Assembly: GCA_047285305.1 (NCBI GenBank) | Contig: JBJBDL010000003.1 | Location: 1,408,001-1,472,000 of the forward strand | Length of the DNA stretch: 64,000 nucleotides | Direction of reading: 5' to 3' | From: Synechococcus sp. | Lineage (GTDB): Bacteria; Cyanobacteriota; Cyanobacteriia; PCC-6307; Cyanobiaceae | Shown here: piece after piece, positions 60,936 to 64,000 of the stretch | Position numbering within the stretch: position 1 is the stretch's first letter | Layout: every line of letters starts with the position of its first letter | Position numbers and translations under genes: made by a program | The notes under the pieces: generated by a model | Databases searched by the model: none | Seen by the model: the letters and a program-made list of their open reading frames with translations, nothing else | Told to the model about the DNA's origin: nothing

Positions 60936-61332
60936 ATGGGCACTGCTTCTGTTCAGGATGACAAGGTGGTCAACGTCAGAATGTCTGAATCGGAGCACAC
61001 TTTGTTGAAGGCCTACTGCGCTTCGTTGAACCGGAGCATGCAAGATGTGCTTCGTGATTTCGCGTTAATGCAAATCCAGAAGCAACGTTTTTTGTTGCCG
61101 CCTTGTGCGTTCCTTGATGGATGAGCATGGCATCGAACAAGACCCAAGAGTTCGTAAGGCTTGTTTTGGATATGCCTGTTTTTACTGCCGCCATTCAGAG
61201 GCCTGCACGGCTGGTGAAACTGATTTGCTTTATGTCCCCCGCCAGGAGATACGTGAATTGGTTGCTGAGGAATCGGCCTATATCTTCGACTTTGACGGCA
61301 GCAGCATCGAGGCTCCCACCCAGGTGGGCTGA
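60936..61332 (+). pseudogene. RHH-like N-terminus plus Cys-rich C-terminus, split by a frameshift in a T run
   Basis: KVVNVRMSESEHTLLKAYCASLNRSMQDVLRDF..QKQRF joins CCRLVRSLMDEHG..CFGYACFYCRHSEAC if T6 at 61088-61093 were T5. Confidence 0.72.
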
Positions 61333-61760
61333 TCGAGTTTCGACCCGCCAGTCACTTCGCCCACTGATGAACGAGCTTTCACATCGTGAGTAGATCAAGG
61401 CTTTCTAGGCAGGAATCACCTCGAGTCTTGGGCGCAATTTGTTGATGTCGAGAAATCCGAGCACAACCCCTTTAAATATGCGGACGCTTCGGCTCATGTT
61501 GGCAGTGATAAGTCGCTAATTGGGCTTGGAAGCCGGACTAAGCGATGTACGACGCCTGATGTTTGACCCTTGTTTCGGCAGGGGGCAAATGCGTTTCTTT
61601 CTTAAGAAACCTAGTAATGAATCGATCGGCAGTGATTGGCCCGTCAAGGTATCGACGTGGTCAAATCGCTCCGGTGGTGCATAACCGTCGGCCACACGAC
61701 ATTCACTGATTCATTTCAAGACGAACGATCGTCAATATCGTTGGTCCCGGTTGTTCAAAA

Positions 61761-61847
61761 CGGAGAGGGTGGGATTCGAACCCACGGTGCCCGTGAAGAC
61801 ACGCTGGTTTTCAAGACCAGAGCCATAAACCACTCGACCACCTCTCC
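61761..61847 (-). tRNA. trnS: tRNA-Ser(UGA)
   Basis: GGAGAGG acceptor stem, anticodon arm CTGGT-CTTGAAA-ACCAG, long variable arm, GTTCGAATCC; CCA not encoded. Confidence 0.97.
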
Positions 61848-61905
61848 AGAGGTTGTCAGGTGCCCCGCAGGACACCTAACAACTGTATCGGGACGTGCTC
61901 CCAGT

Positions 61906-64000
61906 TCAGTTTTCCGGCTTGGCCAGAGGCAGCAGACACTTATCGGAATCACATCCGGCCGGCCCTGCTTCCGTCAGCTCACCCTGGTCGTAACGCTGCA
62001 GTGCTTCGAAGAAATCACTGCTGACGCGACGCTTCACCACAGCCGATTGCAGCTCCTCATAGGTGGTTGCATCGATCGGCTCGAAGGGCAGGCGGGGGAA
62101 GGTGGCATTGGCATCGAAACGGGCCAGAAGTGCTGCTGAGATGTAGCCCTCTCCCTTCTCCATTGCTTGATGCAGAGCATCAGCCAAGGGTTCGATTTCG
62201 TGCTCGCGGAATTCGATGGTGGCGGAGGTGTTGTGGGCGGTGTAGTGCCGCTGCACCTGCATGTAGAAATCGAATTGCGCCATGGCACTGAAGCCGTTGA
62301 TGTCAACGGCATCGGCACCGGGCAGGTTGGCCCAGCTCACCTCGGTGGGAATCTCCACTAGCCATTCGGTGCAGCGGGGATCAAAGGGGTCATTCAGCAG
62401 ACGGCCTTCCTCATCTTTGTCGGACTGGGAGGGAACGATGGTGTAGCCGTAGTCCATGCAGGCCATGGCCACGGGGTCGTTCTTGCGGAAGGTGATCCGG
62501 CGGATGAAGCGCTGGGCTTTGGGGGGATGCCAGCCGGGGGCAGCACCGGTGAGCAGGCTCTTGGTGCCTGCAGGTTGGACGGTTGTGCAGCGGTTGGGAC
62601 GACGCAGACCATGACGGTCGCAGTAGTCCCAGACCGCTTGATTGACGATCTTCTTCCAACGGCTCAGGTAAGCGGCTTCCTGCTCCTTGAAGCGCAGACC
62701 CTCCTCGGTGTCAGGTCGTCCGGCCTCCCACCAGCTCAGCCATTCCGTGCCGAAGGCATGGACGAAAAAGTCGAACAGACCGGTGAAGCTGACGCCAACG
62801 ATCGGGTCCCATTCACGGCTCTGGCGGTAGCGCTCAACCTCAAAACGATGGTTGAGCAGACAAGCAACCGAGAGGGCGCCTGCACGGAAGGCATCGGCCT
62901 GTCCTTCCTCGTCGCTTGGGTCGATCTGGTTGAGATGTACCTCGGCCAGATTGCAGTGGAAATCGGCACCCAGGATCTCGCCGCAGGGATTCAAGCCGTA
63001 ACGGCTGAGGCGGTGCTCCAGCTCATCGGCGCCAATGGGGCCATGGTTGTCGGACAACCAACGCCCCGCTTCTTCACGACCCTGATCGCAGTAGATCTCA
63101 ATGAATTCCGTTCGCAGCTCAGTGGTGGTGAGCAGATCGGCATTGGAGCGAGCGATCGCTTCGGGAGCGAACTGAATCGCACCTTCACCGGAGTGGAACT
63201 GCTTGGTCACCGCTGCGTGCACAACGTCCTTGTTGGGACGGGTGTGATATACGCGGGTGTGGTTGGCCATCCGCAGCGCATCACGCTCGGGATCAATCCT
63301 CCAGTTGCCCTCCTTGTCTTGCTGCCAGAGGTTGTCCTTGGAGGATGCAGCCGCCTGGTCGTCCGATGCGAACTGGCGCATGCCGGCGCTGCGACGGATG
63401 TTTCCAGCCACGATCGTGACGGCGGCTTCGTCGATCAACAGGCAGCACTCGACTGAGGTGAGCCGACGGCCCTGGGCCTTGTTCAGCAGCCGAGCAACGC
63501 GCCCGTAGAGATCCTTCAGCTTGACGGGGTTGGCCATGCCGCCGAAACCCTTCAGCGTTTCCCCAACAGGCCGCACATCGCTCAGGTCAACCTCGATCTG
63601 AATCGGACCGCCATGGAACCGTTCATCGCTGCTGAGCTCGAGCATCAGCTGGTAACTGTCCACCCAGCCACGGCGGGTGTCGCCCACCTTGATGGTCACC
63701 TTGTTGCCATCAATGCTGTGGGTGCAGTCGTCCTGGCGCTCAGCCGCAGGAGTGATGCCGATTTCGCTGACGCTGAGAACTTCAAAGCTGTTGCGCACCA
63801 CCGGAAGCCGGTCGATCAGGTGCGGCTCGATGATGGCCCCGGTGCCGCAGCCCATCATCGCCAGGTCCATCATCAGACCGAAGGCTTGCCAATCCACCAG
63901 GTTGGTGGATGTGCAGTTGTAGGAACCCGAGAAGTTTTCGGGCTGCTCGATCCAGCGGGTGCCACCGATCCAGAGCCAGCGGCCTGAGGGAAGAGCTTTT
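61906..64000 (-). CDS. nrdJ: Class II (adenosylcobalamin-dependent) ribonucleotide reductase, 5' part beyond the window
   Basis: VAGNIRRSA, GLNPCGEI, CNLAEV, TTVQPAGTKSLL, GCDSDKC tail. Confidence 0.95.
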   Translation of the reverse strand, partial: KALPSGRWLWIGGTRWIEQPENFSGSYNCTSTNLVDWQAFGLMMDLAMMGCGTGAIIEPHLIDRLPVVRNSFEVLSVSEIGITPAAERQDDCTHSIDGNKVTIKVGDTRRGWVDSYQLMLELSSDERFHGGPIQIEVDLSDVRPVGETLKGFGGMANPVKLKDLYGRVARLLNKAQGRRLTSVECCLLIDEAAVTIVAGNIRRSAGMRQFASDDQAAASSKDNLWQQDKEGNWRIDPERDALRMANHTRVYHTRPNKDVVHAAVTKQFHSGEGAIQFAPEAIARSNADLLTTTELRTEFIEIYCDQGREEAGRWLSDNHGPIGADELEHRLSRYGLNPCGEILGADFHCNLAEVHLNQIDPSDEEGQADAFRAGALSVACLLNHRFEVERYRQSREWDPIVGVSFTGLFDFFVHAFGTEWLSWWEAGRPDTEEGLRFKEQEAAYLSRWKKIVNQAVWDYCDRHGLRRPNRCTTVQPAGTKSLLTGAAPGWHPPKAQRFIRRITFRKNDPVAMACMDYGYTIVPSQSDKDEEGRLLNDPFDPRCTEWLVEIPTEVSWANLPGADAVDINGFSAMAQFDFYMQVQRHYTAHNTSATIEFREHEIEPLADALHQAMEKGEGYISAALLARFDANATFPRLPFEPIDATTYEELQSAVVKRRVSSDFFEALQRYDQGELTEAGPAGCDSDKCLLPLAKPEN

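Larger units (their letters stand above)
55740..61760. other. Probable small genomic island at the tRNA-Ser 3' end (no integrase seen)
   Basis: Accessory-type genes, one truncated and two frameshifted ORFs, AT-richer segments, adjacent to the tRNA 3' end; boundaries approximate. Confidence 0.55.

Noticed and set aside
61405..61497. 30-aa minus-strand ORF MSRSVRIFKGVVLGFLDINKLRPRLEVIPA
   Set aside because: Too short, with no RBS or homology evidence available to support it.
55740..61760. Intact prophage or integrative element
   Set aside because: No integrase, transposase, replication or structural genes, and no tRNA 3' duplication found by eye.
61636..62139. 167-aa + ORF and 65-aa - ORF across the tRNA
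   Set aside because: They overlap tRNA-Ser and the nrdJ 3' end; spurious.

Overview
About 60% GC chromosomal segment of a marine picocyanobacterium. Gene content and order point to marine Synechococcus (inference from recognised gene families; no search run). Positions 1-55.7 kb are mostly core genes: psb28, selU/mnmH, gun4, glnA with a canonical NtcA promoter, apcF, agt/spt, tadA, lspA, bioY, sipA, an M16 peptidase pair, pcyA, devBCA, rpsB-tsf, recG, sir, glyS, chlP, typA, lptA-lptB-lptF/G, ccsA, rpe, glpX, hemA, glgC, gnd-pgl, ilvD, an upp-like gene and cobW. Two accessory patches stand out. The first is the 1.25 kb ccsA-rpe interval, with sub-60-aa ORFs and a tandem pair of near-identical hairpins. 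The second is a roughly 6 kb island (55.7-61.75 kb) downstream of the 3' end of tRNA-Ser(UGA), next to nrdJ. The best candidate for an undescribed system lies in this island: two divergent ribbon-helix-helix-like genes. One is translationally coupled to a degenerate GIY-YIG-like ORF, and its predicted promoter is covered by seven GYNRC boxes at an exact 11-bp period. The other carries a Cys-rich C-terminal domain behind a T-run frameshift. No integrase, transposase, CRISPR array or rRNA was found. Product calls come from motif recognition by eye, and many start codons are best guesses.
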